A stretch of DNA of 64,000 nucleotides from Octopus sinensis (taxonomy: Eukaryota). Where the stretch lies: positions 54,188,001 through 54,252,000 of the forward strand of contig NC_043008.1 in NCBI RefSeq assembly GCF_006345805.1. The letters run 5' to 3'. Under the pieces are notes generated by a model. The model did no database searches. It had not been told where the DNA came from and saw only the letters and a program-made list of their open reading frames with translations. Positions 27,457 to 41,857 of the stretch are shown in pieces. Within the stretch, counting starts at the first letter, position 1, and every line of letters begins with the position of its first letter. The position numbers were made by a program, and so were the translations under genes.

Positions 27457-27632
27457 ATATGTATGTATGTATGTATGTATATATGTATGTATGTATATAT
27501 GTATGTATGTATGCATGCATGCATGCATGTATGTATGTATGTATGTAATATATCCATAATAGCTATGTATGTACGTACGTACGTATGTATGCACGCATGC
27601 ATGTATGTAGCATATTATATATTTGCATACAG

Positions 27633-27755
27633 ACTACTCACGCCACTAACGTCGTCTCCCATCACACGACAACAAATACTGCTCCACTGTACAAACTAGC
27701 AAAAGAATTACTGCCGGGCTACACTTCACAGTCACAACTAGAAAACTACATCTAA
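27633..27755 (+). CDS. Candidate terminal coding exon ([40 protein letters not shown])
   Basis: Acceptor TTTGCATACAG, phase 0, protein-like composition ending in TAA; phase-compatible with exon 11787-11895; not recognised. Confidence 0.4.
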   Translation, partial: TTHATNVVSHHTTTNTAPLYKLAKELLPGYTSQSQLENYI

Positions 27756-27930
27756 ATTGTCATGATCACAGGTGCCTGAGCAAACAAAGCCTCCTACACA
27801 TCACAGTTGTCTTCGTTATGCTCTTTGTTTTCCTTTAAATTTGGGACAGAAGTGTAAAACAAAACATCATAAAACCTTGACTTCAGTACACACAGGAAAC
27901 TAACATTTATTTTCTTTTAGGGCCGTTGTT

Positions 27931-27966
<36 letters not shown>

Positions 27967-28183
27967 GTTATTATTATTATTATTAGTATTATGTGAGCTG
28001 TCAGTTGGCAGACTCATTAGAGAATCTGGAGATACTTTATTTTATCAGCCCGAGAGGGACGAAATGCAAAGTTGACCCTAACGAGAATTAAACTCCGAAA
28101 GTAAATTAGCTGGAATAAAAACCGCAGAGCATATTGTCTTGTGCGCTATCGATTCTGTCATTTCACAACTCACGTATTATGAC

Positions 28184-28239
<56 letters not shown>

Positions 28240-28442
28240 TAATAATAATAATAATAATATGTGAAAACAACATCCATCCATGAATTTATTTATTTATTAA
28301 CTTTTAAATACATGTTTTATCTGTGAATTTGCGTGTGTAATCTGGGAATGCATACAATGAGCTTCTCTGCCCTAGGTGTATGGAAAACACTCGGCGAGAA
28401 ACGGAAGAAAATTTGAAGAAAGAAGGAAAAAACATAATAATA

Positions 28443-28487
<45 letters not shown>

Positions 28488-28599
28488 GGGAAGGTTAATA
28501 TAAAGACGGAAGAAATGCCACGAAGCATTTTGCCCTCGTGCTAACGATCCTGCCAGTTCACCGCCTTAAAAAGAAGAGGAAGAAGAAATAGTAGAAGAA

Positions 28600-28642
28600 A
28601 AAGAAGAAGAAGAAGAAGAAGAAGAAGATGATAGAAGAAGAA

Positions 28643-28693
<51 letters not shown>

Positions 28694-28717
28694 GAAGAAG
28701 ATGAAGAAGAAGAAGAA

Positions 28718-28750
<33 letters not shown>

Positions 28751-29090
28751 GAAGAAAAAGAAGAAGGTGAAGAAGAAGGTGAAGAAAAAGGAGGTGAAGA
28801 AGATGAAGAAAAAGATGAAGAAGATGAAGAAGAAGATGAAGAAGAAGATGAAGAAGATGAAGATGAAGAAGAAGATGAAGATGAAGATGAAGAAGAAGAT
28901 GAAGAAGAAAAAGAAGACGAAGAAGATAATGGTGATGATGATGATGAAGAAGAAGAAGAAGAAGAAGAAGAAGAAGAAGAAGAAAAAGAAGAAGAAGATA
29001 ATGATGATGATGATGATGATGAAGAAGAAGAAGAAGAAGAAGAAGAAGAAGAAGAAAAAGAAGAAGAAGAAGAAGAAGAAGAAGAAGACA
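28600..29090. repeat. (GAA)n/(GAT)n compound trinucleotide tract between SINE A fragments
   Basis: Direct reading; the frame runs into SINE sequence. Confidence 0.9.
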
Positions 29091-29273
29091 AATTTTGGAG
29101 GAGGAAGATTGTTGATTACTGCTCGACTGGAACTCATTTTGTCAACCTCAACAGGACGAAAGGCAAAGTCGACTCGATGGAATTTGAACTCAAAACGTAA
29201 AGACAAACGAAATGCCGCGAAGCATTTTGTCCAGCATGCTAACACTTATGCTAACTCGCCCCCAGTGTTCAGC

Positions 29274-29323
<50 letters not shown>

Positions 29324-29685
29324 ATACCAGCAGAAGCAGCAGTAGTAGTAGTAGTAGTAGTAGAAGTAGTAGTAGTAGTAGTACTAGCAGCAATGGCAGC
29401 AGCAGCAGTAGTAGTAGTAGTAGTAGTAGTAGTTTCTATTTAGGCACAAGGACAGCAATTTTGAGGGAATGGGTTTCGTCGATATTACCAACCACCGTGC
29501 TAGACTGGCACCAGGTTTTCTTCTTTTCAATGATAATACAGATAGCAAGTTTATTGGGTCATCAGGAGAGAATGCGCGCCGATTTGGGGTCTACCTCTCG
29601 ACGGCATCATTGCGCACCGGCCACCCCACTCACTGAAATGAGGCCCCGCTTGCTATATCAACTGGTTATTCACACACACACACAC

Positions 29686-29973
29686 ACACACACAGAAACG
29701 CACGCACTCACACACACATAGATGTGTGAATTTCATGAGTTTCCGTACAGTTTCCGCCCCCTTTCTCTCTATATATATATACACACATACATGTATACAC
29801 ACACAAATGTATATATATACACACACATACATGTATACACACACAAATGTGTGTGTGTATACATGTATGTGTGTGTATATATATATAGAGAGAAAGGGGG
29901 CGGAAACTGTACGGAAACTCATGAAATTCACACATCTATGTGCGTGTGTGTGCGTGCGTTTCTGTGTGTGCAT
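29686..29973. repeat. Long near-perfect inverted repeat (fold-back palindrome)
   Basis: The arm starting at 29719 (TAGATGTGTGAATTTCATGAGTTTCCGTACAGTTTCCGCCCCCTTTCTCTCT) is the exact reverse complement of the arm ending at 29938; symmetry extends through the flanking simple repeats. Confidence 0.95.
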
Positions 29974-30339
29974 GTGTACGTTTATGCATTGTGTGTGGGG
30001 GGGCGTGCGTATATGCGCGTGCGTTTCTGTATATGTGTGTGTGTGTATGTGTTCGCGTTGAGTACGAACTACTACATTCGGAAAGAAATATTCTGCAATA
30101 TAAGTCAGACTGAATTATCTTCCCTTACCCCTAAAACTGACTTTCCATTTCATTTCTTACCAAAAAAAAACGATGAAAATAGAATCAGACGAAATATTGG
30201 ACTCAGTAAAATCGATCTAAAACCCCTTGAAGGCTGTCCACAACATGGCCGAGGTCCAGTTATAGAAAAAAATACGAATAGGGGAAGGTTTTACGCACAT
30301 GCACTCATGCACTCACACGCAGACGCACACACATATATA

Positions 30340-31885
30340 AGAACATACAAGCATACATACATACATACATACATACATACATACATTCATACATACATAC
30401 ATGCATACATACATACATACATACATACATACATACATACATGCATACATACATACACATACATACATACAAGCATACATACATACACATACATACATAC
30501 ATACATACATGCATACATACATACATTAATGCATACATACATACATACTTACATACATACATGCATGCATACATACATACATACATACATGCATACATAC
30601 ATACATACATACATTCATACATACATACATGCATACATACATACATGCATGCATACACACATACATACATACATGCATGCATACATACATACACATACAT
30701 ACATACATACATACATACATACATAAATGCATACATACATACATACATACTTACATACATACATGCATGCATACATACATACATACATACATGCATACAT
30801 ACATACATGCATGCATACACACATACATACATACATGCATGCATACATACACACACATACACACATGCATACATACATACATACATACATACATGCATAC
30901 ATACGTACTTACATACATACATACATGCATACATACATACATACATACATACATACATGCATACATACATATATACATACATACATACATACAACATACA
31001 TTAATGCATACATACATACGTACTTACATACATACATGCATACATACATACATACATACATACATACATACATACATACATACATTCACACATACATGCA
31101 TACATACATACATGCATGCATACATACATACATACATACATACATACATACATACATACATACATACATACATACAGCATACATTCACACATACATGCAT
31201 ACATACATACATGCATACACACATACATAAATGCATACATACATACATACATACATACATACATTCACACATACATGCATACATACATACATGCATGCAT
31301 ACATACATACATACATACATACATACATACATACATACATACATACATACATACATTCACACATACATGCATACATACATACATGCATACACACATACAT
31401 GCATGCATACATACATACATACATGCATACATACATACATACATACATACATACATAAATGCATACATACATACATACTTACATACATACATGCATGCAT
31501 ACATACATACATACATACATACATTCATACATACATGCATTCATACACACATACATACATACATGCATGCATACATACACACACACATACACACATACAT
31601 ACATACATACATACACACATACATACAAACAAACATACATACATACATACATACATACACACATACATACATACATACATACATACATACATACACGCAC
31701 ACATACACACATACGTACATACATACATACATACATACATACATACATACATACACACACATACATACATACATACATTCATCCATACACACATACATAC
31801 ATACATACATACATACATACATACATACATACATACATACATACATACATACATACATACATGCATACATACATACATATACTAT
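30340..31885. repeat. ~1.5-kb (CATA)n compound microsatellite
   Basis: Direct reading; source of the 449-aa HTYI-repeat ORF. Confidence 0.95.
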
Positions 31886-32001
31886 GGTTACCTATATACA
31901 TACATGCATGTACATATGTGTCTGCATGAATACGCACGAACACCCAGGCCTTTATTCAGACAGCCGATAGCACTATAGCCATTTCGACTGATAGTCTTGA
32001 C

Positions 32002-32089
<88 letters not shown>

Positions 32090-32092
<3 letters not shown>

Positions 32093-32346
32093 CTCTTTAC
32101 TCTTTACTCTTTTATTTGTTTCAGTCATTTGACTGTGGCCATGCTGGAGCATCGCCTTTAATCGAGCAAATCGACCCCAGGACTTATTCTTTGTAAGCCT
32201 AGTACTTATTCTGTCGGTCTCTTTTACCAAACCGATAAGTTACGTGGACGTAAACTCACCAGCATCGGTTGTCAAGCGATGTTGGGGGGACAAACACAGA
32301 CACACAAACATATACATACACATATCTATCTATCTATATTATATAT

Positions 32347-32436
<90 letters not shown>

Positions 32437-32580
32437 CATATATATGACAGGCTTCTTTCAGTTTCCGTCTACCAAATCCACTCACATGGTTTTGGTCGGC
32501 CCGAGGCTATAGTAGAAGACACTTGCCCAAGGTGCCACGCAGTGGGACTGAACACGGAACCATGTGGTTGGTAAGCAAGC
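32090..32580 (-). mobile_element. SINE family B with an expanded (TA)n interior
   Basis: Family match. Confidence 0.9.
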
Positions 32581-32825
32581 TACTTACCACACAGCCATCG
32601 TATGCTTAAGGCAGAGGACCGCCAGAATGTTGCAAAGTATTTCTTCTTTCTCTTTACGCTTTCTGTTGAAATCCTGGCGAGGTCAACTCTGCCTGCCGTC
32701 TCTCGACGTGGATAAAATATGGCGGAATTTGAGCTTTGAACATAAAGATGGACGAAATACCGCTAAGCATTTTGCCCGGCGGGCTAACGATTCTGCCAGC
32801 TAGTCACCTTAATAATAATAATAAT

Positions 32826-32889
<64 letters not shown>

Positions 32890-33254
32890 TAGTAGTAGTA
32901 GTAGTGGTGGTGGTGGTGGTTGTGGTAGTAGTAGTAGTAGTAGTTGTAGTAGTAGTAGTTGTAGTAGTAGTAGTTGTAGTAGTAGTAGTATTGTCGTGTA
33001 GTACATCTCTAGCGTTAGAAGCTGTGAAAAGTCAATAAATAATAATAATAATAATAATGAGCTTCAAATTTTAGCACAAAGCCAGCAATTTTGGAGGAAG
33101 TAGTATGTTGATTACAGTTACTTATTTTATCGACCCCGAAAGGATAAAAGGCTAAATCGACCTCGGTAGAATTTGAACTCAGGATGTGAAGACGGACGAA
33201 ATGCGGCTAAGGATTTTTCCAGGGGTGATAAGGATTCCTGATAATAATAACAAC

Positions 33255-33306
<52 letters not shown>

Positions 33307-33328
33307 TATAATAATAATAACAACAACA

Positions 33329-33376
<48 letters not shown>

Positions 33377-34109
33377 GTAATAATAATAATAGTAATGATA
33401 ATAATATCTCTGTGTCTGTTTGTTTTTTTTGTGGGGGGTTGTGTGTGTGTGTGTATGTGTGTGTGTGTGTTGTGTGTGTGTGTGTGTGTGTGTTGTGTGT
33501 GTGTGTGTGTGTGAGTGTGTGTGTGTGTGTGCAGATCAGGAGAGGCTTACTGCAAGTTTTCGATTTCGGAGAGAGAGAGAAAAAAACAAAACAATAGAAA
33601 TAGCACCAAGTCTGGTTTCAGACTTTCAATCTTTACATCATGCAGAATATATTGAGAGCAATACCGAAGAAAACAAATTGTCTTCATAAATTATATAAAG
33701 TAAATACTATAGTTCTGTATTGGTAGGTCATACTTGATCGGCCATGCTTCATATCTATAGTTAATGGCGTGCCTGACGTAACCAATCCATCTTTCTATTT
33801 CAAATATTATGCACCGAGGACTACAGTTGTCATTGGGTTGTTATTTAATCGGCTGCGACCCAACTATCTTCAAACAGTTGAAGCGGTGATGGTTTGTTTT
33901 GTCCTCGTAAATTAGTAGTTTGGCGAAAGAGACCGATGGAATCAATACTAGGCTTTCTTTAAAGAAAAATTACTCGAGGATCGATTTGCTCGACTAAAAA
34001 CCTCTTCAAGGCGGTGCTCTAGCATGGCCGCAGTTCAGTGAATGAAACGAGTATAAGATAAAGAAGACCTGTGATACTTATTTAAAACACCTCCAAACCC
34101 CCACCATCA

Positions 34110-34455
34110 CCGCCAGTCTCCCAGTCTGACCAGTACTCCACGCTCAATCCTCCAGCCCCACTTTCATTCATCCATTCCAAGTCCTCCAGTTCCCCACCCC
34201 TAATCTCCCAGTCTCACCAGTACTCCACGCTCAATCCTCCAGCCCCAGTTCCAATCCCCGCCCCTGTCCCCCACTTTCATTCATCCATTCCCAGTCCCCC
34301 AGTTCCCCACCCCTAGTCTCTCAGTCTCACCAGTACTCCACCCTCAATCCTCCAACCCCAGTTCCATCCCCCACCCGCCCCCGTCCCCCATTTCCATTCA
34401 TCCATTCCCACTCCCCCAATTCCCCATCCCTGGTCTCCCACACCAGTCCCCCACC
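34110..34455. repeat. C-rich (G-rich on minus) minisatellite, 3 units plus a partial, periods 87 and 113 bp
   Basis: The anchor CAGTCT(G/C)ACCAGTACTCCAC recurs at about 34121, 34208 and 34321. Confidence 0.9.
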
Positions 34456-35193
34456 CACACTTTTTCTGTACCAGTTTAGTACAAAACTTATTGGTATATT
34501 TACCAACATTTAGTAGAGTATTCGTTTTGACTTATTATTGATCGTTTCTTATCTCGATTCTCTTTATTTTATCTTGATTCCTCCTCCCTCGATACAGACG
34601 TCAGTGGCTATTATTTTATAGTTTCTCATTTAGCTTATCATTCTAGCTTTGAGATGTTATGTATCGTTTGCATGCCAAATGGAAAAGAAAGTTGTATCAC
34701 ATCAGCATCTTCTTTTTTTTCCTTTTTTTTGCTTGGTTTTTGCCTCTAATCATTATATGTATTGCGCATCAGCTAGACAACTTATTTTTATCATTACAAA
34801 AGTTGCCTGTCTATATAACAGATCGATATTTATCGTTATATTTTGTGGGTAGATGCTTCTTTTTATTTTTCTTGTATTATCAGCGTCGGTTTTCAACTTA
34901 AAAAGCCATCCTTGAAAAAACAAAAAGGGTGGCTAGCTTACGACTAGATACTGTATTTGGCTGAACAGTGACGTCACCGAAATATGGCTGCTCTGTATGA
35001 GGTGCATTTTATTGCAGCTTATCATTTTCGCAACAGGCAAAAAGCTCAGGGATTCGGTATCACTTCTTAAATCATTTGCATGAATAATTCTTAGTTGATA
35101 GCTGACATAACTCCAGGGTAATTATGAGTGGCATTAATCTTTTCCTTATTACATTATAGTTATATAATTATCATACATACATACATACATACG

Positions 35194-35242
<49 letters not shown>

Positions 35243-36402
35243 TGTGTGTGTTGAAATGCTGAAGGCAGAGAGAATATTTTCTAGTGAACCTCATGTAAGC
35301 AAATGTTAGCAAATGTAAGTGGTTAAATGCAGCTTCAAGTAAGCTGAAATATGTCTAACAGATGATTGTGAGTCAAATAAATACTTGGAAAAGTTGTGGG
35401 TAGAGATATCGTTGCTTTAATTACTGATAAAATCTTGAGCCATAATTGCACTATGGCTTCTATCAAAAATGGTTACTACCATTCAGAGAACAATAGAAGC
35501 AACTCTCTTCTGTAATCGACAAATATATTTTTCTAATACTTTTCAAAAACACCCCTTGAATATGCGACTATGTCTTGAATACGCGCCCACAACTTTACTA
35601 TGCAACCACACTTTGAATATGAGACCATATATTGAATATGAGACACCTTCAATATGACATCCTTTGAGGATCTCACATCATGACAGATAAGATTCTTTTG
35701 AAAAACGAAAAGGAATGTACAAAGTTTAACCGCCACAAAAGTGATTGTAACATTAAAAGAGCTGTTTATGTCTGTTTGCGTTTTTGAGTTCAAATCCAGA
35801 CTAGGCTTACTTTGCCGTTTCTCATTCGGGGAAGAAGGGTGATAAAATAAGATGGTAGATAATCAGAAAAGGTAGAACTGCGTAAAAAAATAATTTTTTG
35901 GTGTTTAGTTATGTCTTTTTACATCTTAAAACCAAAGCCTGCTTGTACCATGTTTGACCTTCATCTCTTTTAAACATAACAGTGATAAAAATAACAGAGA
36001 CAAATGAAATATACACCGCCGGAAGTTGTTGTTGACAAACAACGGCAGTAATTTTATTCAGCTGGATACGCGTCATTGATTGGTTGAAATTACCGAAATA
36101 TGACAACTTTAACACGAAATAACTTCGTAAATAGAAACTTTTCTCAACAACTCTAAGCGTAAAAGATGTTTTATATGACACATTCTACCAGTGTCCGAAG
36201 TTTGAAAGTGTTTAGTTACAAAAAATTAATTTCTCTATCTGCCGATGAAAGTGAAAAGATCTAAAAGAAGTACTGGGATCGTTTCGCTCGGCTAAAACGC
36301 TTCAAAGCAGTGCCCCAGTATGGTCGGAGTCCAAGAACTTGTTTCGGTGCAAGACTCAAACAAGTAAAAGATAAAATGTTATTTCGATATTTTTACTTAC
36401 AA

Positions 36403-37030
36403 AAGGCGGCGAGCTGGCAAAAACGTTAGCACGACGGACGAAATGTTTAGCGGTATTTTTGCCTGCCGTTACGTTCTGAGTTCAAATTCCTCCGAGGTCG
36501 ACGTTGCCTTTCATCCTTTCGGGGTCGATAAATTAAGTACCAGTTACGCACTGGGGTTGATGTAATCGACTTAATCCATTTGTCTGTCCTTGTTTGTCTC
36601 CTCTGTGTTTAGCCCCTTGTGGGCAATAAAGAAATAGGTATCAAAGGCGGCGAGATGGCAGAATCGTTAGCACGCCGGGCGAAATGCGTAGCCGTATTTC
36701 GTCTGCTGTTACGTTCTGAGTTCAAATTCCGCCGAGGTCGACTTTGCCTTTCATCCTTTCGGGGTCGAGTAAATAAGTACCAGTTACGCACTGGGGTCGA
36801 TATAATCGACTTAATCTGTTTATCTGTCCTTGTTTGTCTCCTCTGTGTTTAGCCCCTTGTGGGCAATAAAGAAATAGGTATTTCGTCTGTTTTTACGTTC
36901 TAAGTTCAAATTCCACCGTGGTCGACTTTACCTTTTATCCTTTCGGGGTCGATAAATTAAGTACCAGTTCCGAAATGGGGTCAATCTAATCGACTAGCCC
37001 CCTCCTCCAAAATTTTGTGCCTTGAGTAGA
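36403..37030 (+). mobile_element. Head-to-tail run of three SINE family A units
   Basis: Two complete tail-1 units followed by a 5'-truncated tail-2 unit. Confidence 0.9.
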
Positions 37031-37359
37031 AAAGCATACTTACATTTTCACCAATTTTGAACATTTGAAAACCTGAGGATTTTTTCAAATATGCTAAGTT
37101 GTGAGTGGGGGATATTTAACTCCCACTATTTCTAGGTCAAAACAGCGATCGTGTCATTGAAGGGTATGATAAATTTCTTGGCAGATTTCGTCCCGGCTTT
37201 CGGCGCTCCGAGTTCAAATCTAGCTTATATCAATTTTAACTTTTATCTTTTGAGGGTTAGTAAATGCAGTACCGCTCCTGTAACGATACCGTTTGGTCTC
37301 TTTACGTGATCGCTCTCTCTTTTTCTCTCTCTCTATTTCTTTCTTTCTGCCTCTCTTTA

Positions 37360-37768
37360 CTCCTTACTCTTTTACTTGTTTCAGTTATTTGACTGCGGCT
37401 ATGCTGGAGCACCGCTTTTAGTCGAGCAAATCGACCCTAAGAGTTATTCTTTGTAAGCCTAGTACTTAATCGATCGGTTTCTCTTTTGCCGAACCGCTAA
37501 GTTACGGGGACGAAAACACACCAGCATCGGTTGTCAAGCAATGCTGGAGGGACAAACACAGACACACAAACACACACATACATATATAGATATATATACA
37601 TATATACGACGGGCTTCTTTCAGTTTCCGTCTACCAAATCCACTCACAAGGCTTTGGTCGGCCCGAGGCTATAGTAGAAGACACTTGCCCAAGGTGCCAC
37701 GCAGTGGGACTGAACCCAGAACTATGTGGTTCGTAATCAAGCTACTTACCACACAGCCACTCCTGCGC
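37360..37768 (-). mobile_element. SINE family B, full length
   Basis: Family match. Confidence 0.9.
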
Positions 37769-38698
37769 CTCTCTCTCTCTTTCTCACGCACCTCTCTCTC
37801 TCTCTCTCTCTCTCTCTTACGCTCTCACACCCTTCTTTCTTTCGTGTCCCCTTTCTCTTATGCTTCTCTCTTCCACGCTTTCTCTCACACATCTCACTCT
37901 CTCTCTCACGCCTCTTCCTCTCTATCTATCATACCTATGTATCTATCTTTCTATTTATCTACTTACCTATCTACCTATCTCTCGCCACAAAATCAAAAAT
38001 GCCCAGGAAATACATGTTACGACATCGCCCAATCGCCCTTACGACTCCAACATAACAAGGAGACTCAAGAGAAGGCTTCGACTATGAAATTGAGCAATCA
38101 TGAAAGGCCCACGATTCAGATCGCATATTTATTTATCTATTTTACTCATTTATTCATAGATTCATCCATTTAATAATATTTGCTGTATATGCGAGACTTT
38201 GATCTTCTGCAGCAAGCCTTAGAATACTTCGGTCTTATCTCTGTGCTCTTGTGATTCGTAGCCAACGTTGACATTTTTCCTGGTCTACATCTACTCAGAT
38301 CAGTAATACTGGCTATTATCCATATAAGATATTTTCGCTTTTGTAATTCCATTACCACGACGTTTTGAGGTTTAATTTTTAGCTTTGTATTAAGATGGTT
38401 GTCTCTATTCATATATATTTATGTCACAGAATTCGCCTCCTACATTCACGTAACTATTATTTTTGTGTATTTGTATTTCAGTGTTTTCTCTTGCCAGATT
38501 ATGTAAGTGTATCTTGAGTATGTATTGGCAAAACACCATACAGAAAGTGTGTTTGTTTTTTTTTTTATTTTCTCTATAAGCTTTTTGCTTTGCTTCGACA
38601 GAGTTATTACTCGTATTCGTATAACAATATCGTAGTGAATATTTGTGTGTATATGGGTCGGATGCGTCATTACATATATGTGTGTGTGTGTATGTATG

Positions 38699-38844
<146 letters not shown>

Positions 38845-38865
38845 CATACTACATACATACATACA

Positions 38866-38899
<34 letters not shown>

Positions 38900-38939
38900 C
38901 ATACTACATACATACATACATACATACATACATACATAC

Positions 38940-38972
<33 letters not shown>

Positions 38973-39303
38973 CCTATTGATTGCATAATAGTATTTTTAT
39001 TTCTCTTCTGAACTCGCTTATCTTATATAAGATGTTTTGTTTTGTTTTGTCTTTTGCCTTCGTAACTTTTGTTCTATGAGGCAGCCAAGTATTTATGATA
39101 TTCCATTCATTCATGTTTCATTCATATACTTATTTACTACTCATATATCTATCAGATTCTACGTGCCATTTCAAAGTAGACACGCACGCGCGCACACATA
39201 CATGCATACACAGAAACACATACACAGACGTACATATCTATACACAAACACAAACACACACATATCGGTGTATGTAAAAGGGGTATGTGTAATCCCGTGC
39301 CAT

Positions 39304-39339
<36 letters not shown>

Positions 39340-39425
39340 AGTGTGTGTGTGTGTGTGTGCGTGCGTGCGTGCGTGTGTGTGTGTGTATCAGTGCATGTAA
39401 AGATGTATGTGTAATTGCGTGCAAC

Positions 39426-39460
<35 letters not shown>

Positions 39461-39599
39461 GGGAGAGACAGCGACAAACAGACAGACAGACGGAGACAGA
39501 GACAGACAGACAAAGAGGCACATAGCTACATTTGATGTGTGTGTAAATGTGTGTCTACATATGTGTACGTATGTATGTATATAGGCGCTATATATGCGT

Positions 39600-39761
39600 A
39601 TAGGATATGTGATAAGAAGTTTGCTGAACTCACCACAGCGTCTAGAGTTTAGTGTGCTGCTGCGTGTCACCTTGGGTGATTGGCTTCCGCTACAGCTTCT
39701 GGACGACACAAAGCCTTGTGAGTGGATTTGGTAGACGGAAACTGAAAGTAGGCACTTCCTC

Positions 39762-39802
<41 letters not shown>

Positions 39803-39822
39803 TGTGTGTGTGTATGTGTGTA

Positions 39823-39859
<37 letters not shown>

Positions 39860-40075
39860 TTGTGTGTAGGTGTGTGAGTGTAATCACCGCTTGACAACTG
39901 GTGTTGGTGTGTTTACGTCCCTGCATCTAGCGGTTCGGCGAAAGAGACCCATAGAGTAAGTACCATTCTTATATATCAAAAAAAAAAATTACCAGGGTCG
40001 ATTCCTTCAACTAAAATTCTTCAAGGCGATGCCCCAGCATGACCGTAGTGTAATGACTGAAACAAGTAAAAGATG
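39600..40075 (+). mobile_element. SINE family B, diverged head, (GT)n interior
   Basis: AAAGCCTTGTGAGTGGATTTGGTAGACGGAAACTGAAAG core and family tail. Confidence 0.8.
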
Positions 40076-40179
40076 GGAACATATAGATAATGTATACATT
40101 GTGTATTTTCATGCGCTTTTCTGAGTCCAGGTCGGCTGGCAAATTCTCAACAACATACATTGTATAATGGCTTAACTAC

Positions 40180-40630
40180 AAGAAATTGGTGGTAATCAAC
40201 CGTGATACTTTGCGTAGGTGACTTGTGAGGCCAGCTCTGGAGAGGCCAACCCGTCGATATTCGTCACACTCAAAATGTGAGTGTTAGACCAACGTGTCCT
40301 TTTTTCTTGGTTGCGCTCGTTCCAATAAAGATTTCTAAAACGTTCTGGTGCCATTGACTATTTTTATGCGCCGTTTACTTGGGTATAGAGAAATTGGAAG
40401 TGTCCATGGCTCTTTTTAGGCCCTCTGAGATTTGACCTATTGCAGGTCAATATGTGCAGGAAAGCCATGTGGAGGGAAGAGATTGCAGTGGGGCGATTCT
40501 GTGAGGAGGAAGGACTGAGCATCATGATTTGTTAAGGACTGGAGGTGGACGGCGCATAAGGATGACAAGAGATGGAAGGACGAGTGGTCCGAGGTACCTG
40601 AGAGAGGAACATATGAAGATACTCAGCTAG
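40180..40630 (-). mobile_element. RTE-like LINE 3' remnant
   Basis: Minus-strand translation ...EGLKRAMDTSNF...QWHQ... and CDEYRRVGLSRAGLTSHLRK resembles the RTE/BovB C-terminal CxxCxRxxxSRxGLxSHxR motif; heavily degraded. Confidence 0.5.
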
Positions 40631-41002
40631 AGAAGCAAGGACGGGCATTTGCATGTGTGTGTGTGTGTATGTGTGGATGTCGATAAAATAAGTACCAGTA
40701 GAATATTGGGGTCGATATAATCGACTTAACCCTTTCCCCAAACCTGCTGACCTTGAGCCAAAATTTGAAACCATCATTTAGGCAGCGAGCCAATAACCGC
40801 ACCGGACGATATACTTAGCGACATTTCTTCCAACTCTTTAAGTACTGACCTCAAATCTCGTTGAGGTCAACTTTGCCTTTCGTTCTCTCGTGGTCGATAA
40901 AATAAAGTACGGGCCGTCGTGAGGTAATATCGAGTCACTCACTCCCCTCAAAAACCGATGAGCTGGACTTTTGCCAAAAATAAGAAAGAATTATTATTAT
41001 TC

Positions 41003-41050
<48 letters not shown>

Positions 41051-41526
41051 CATTATTATTGTTATTATTATTGTTATTATTATTATTCAGCTATTTTTAA
41101 ATCCTTTTGTTAAGTATCGATATTTTTGTCGGAGAATGTCACAGATGTTTGGCAAAGGATTTAGAAATGAATGCAATAAAAAAATATTTCTGACAGAAAA
41201 AGCTATTGATGTCGCTTACCACAAAGAGCAGCACATCCGTTCAACTACGGTATATGTTTTACTTTGAGATGTTGAATCGTTTTGTTTTGTTTTGTTTATC
41301 TTTTTGTTGTTTTATTGTACTAGCTTTTTTTTTATACGTATTTTTTTCTTTTTGCTTTTTGCTTTAAATCTTTTAGTGTCTTCGTATTGTATTTTTATTG
41401 CAGTGTTTTCTTTCTGTTTTTATTTTCTATATGTCAGCGTTTTATATGGTATATACATACGTAATATTGTGAGTGTGTGTGTGTATATGCATGCGTGTGT
41501 GTACGCATATATATATATATGTATGG

Positions 41527-41557
<31 letters not shown>

Positions 41558-41576
41558 ATAATATATGTATGTATAT

Positions 41577-41608
<32 letters not shown>

Positions 41609-41735
41609 AATATAATATTATGTATATAATAGAATTAAATGTGTATATATAAATGTATAATATATATATATGTATATATACAAATATTAAAATTGTTGTG
41701 CAAGATTTTTTATGTGAAGTCGTGTGTTTAAACAG

Positions 41736-41847
41736 ATATTGTTATATTTCGGAATGGTCATATTGCCAGTTTAGCCAATAAAAACACACGCACTATATAT
41801 TTGGTGTTATTTTGCTTCAGTGATATTTATTTTTTACATTAATCTTA
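41736..41847. repeat. Inverted repeat arm 1, identical to the reverse complement of 44637-44748
   Basis: Base-by-base comparison: 112/112. Confidence 0.95.
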
Positions 41848-41857
41848 ATCTTATTTC

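Noticed and set aside
28541-29276. 190-234-aa poly-E/D, poly-K/M, poly-S and poly-F ORFs
   Set aside because: Pure (GAA)/(GAT) tract open in many frames, running into SINE sequence, with no splice support
29722-31978. Longest ORFs in the track (334, 449 and 284 aa)
   Set aside because: Translations of (CATA)n and (CA)n microsatellites
35550-35650. Four copies of TTGAATA(T/C)G(C/A)G(A/C)C
   Set aside because: Probably subterminal repeats of a decayed DNA transposon; no termini found
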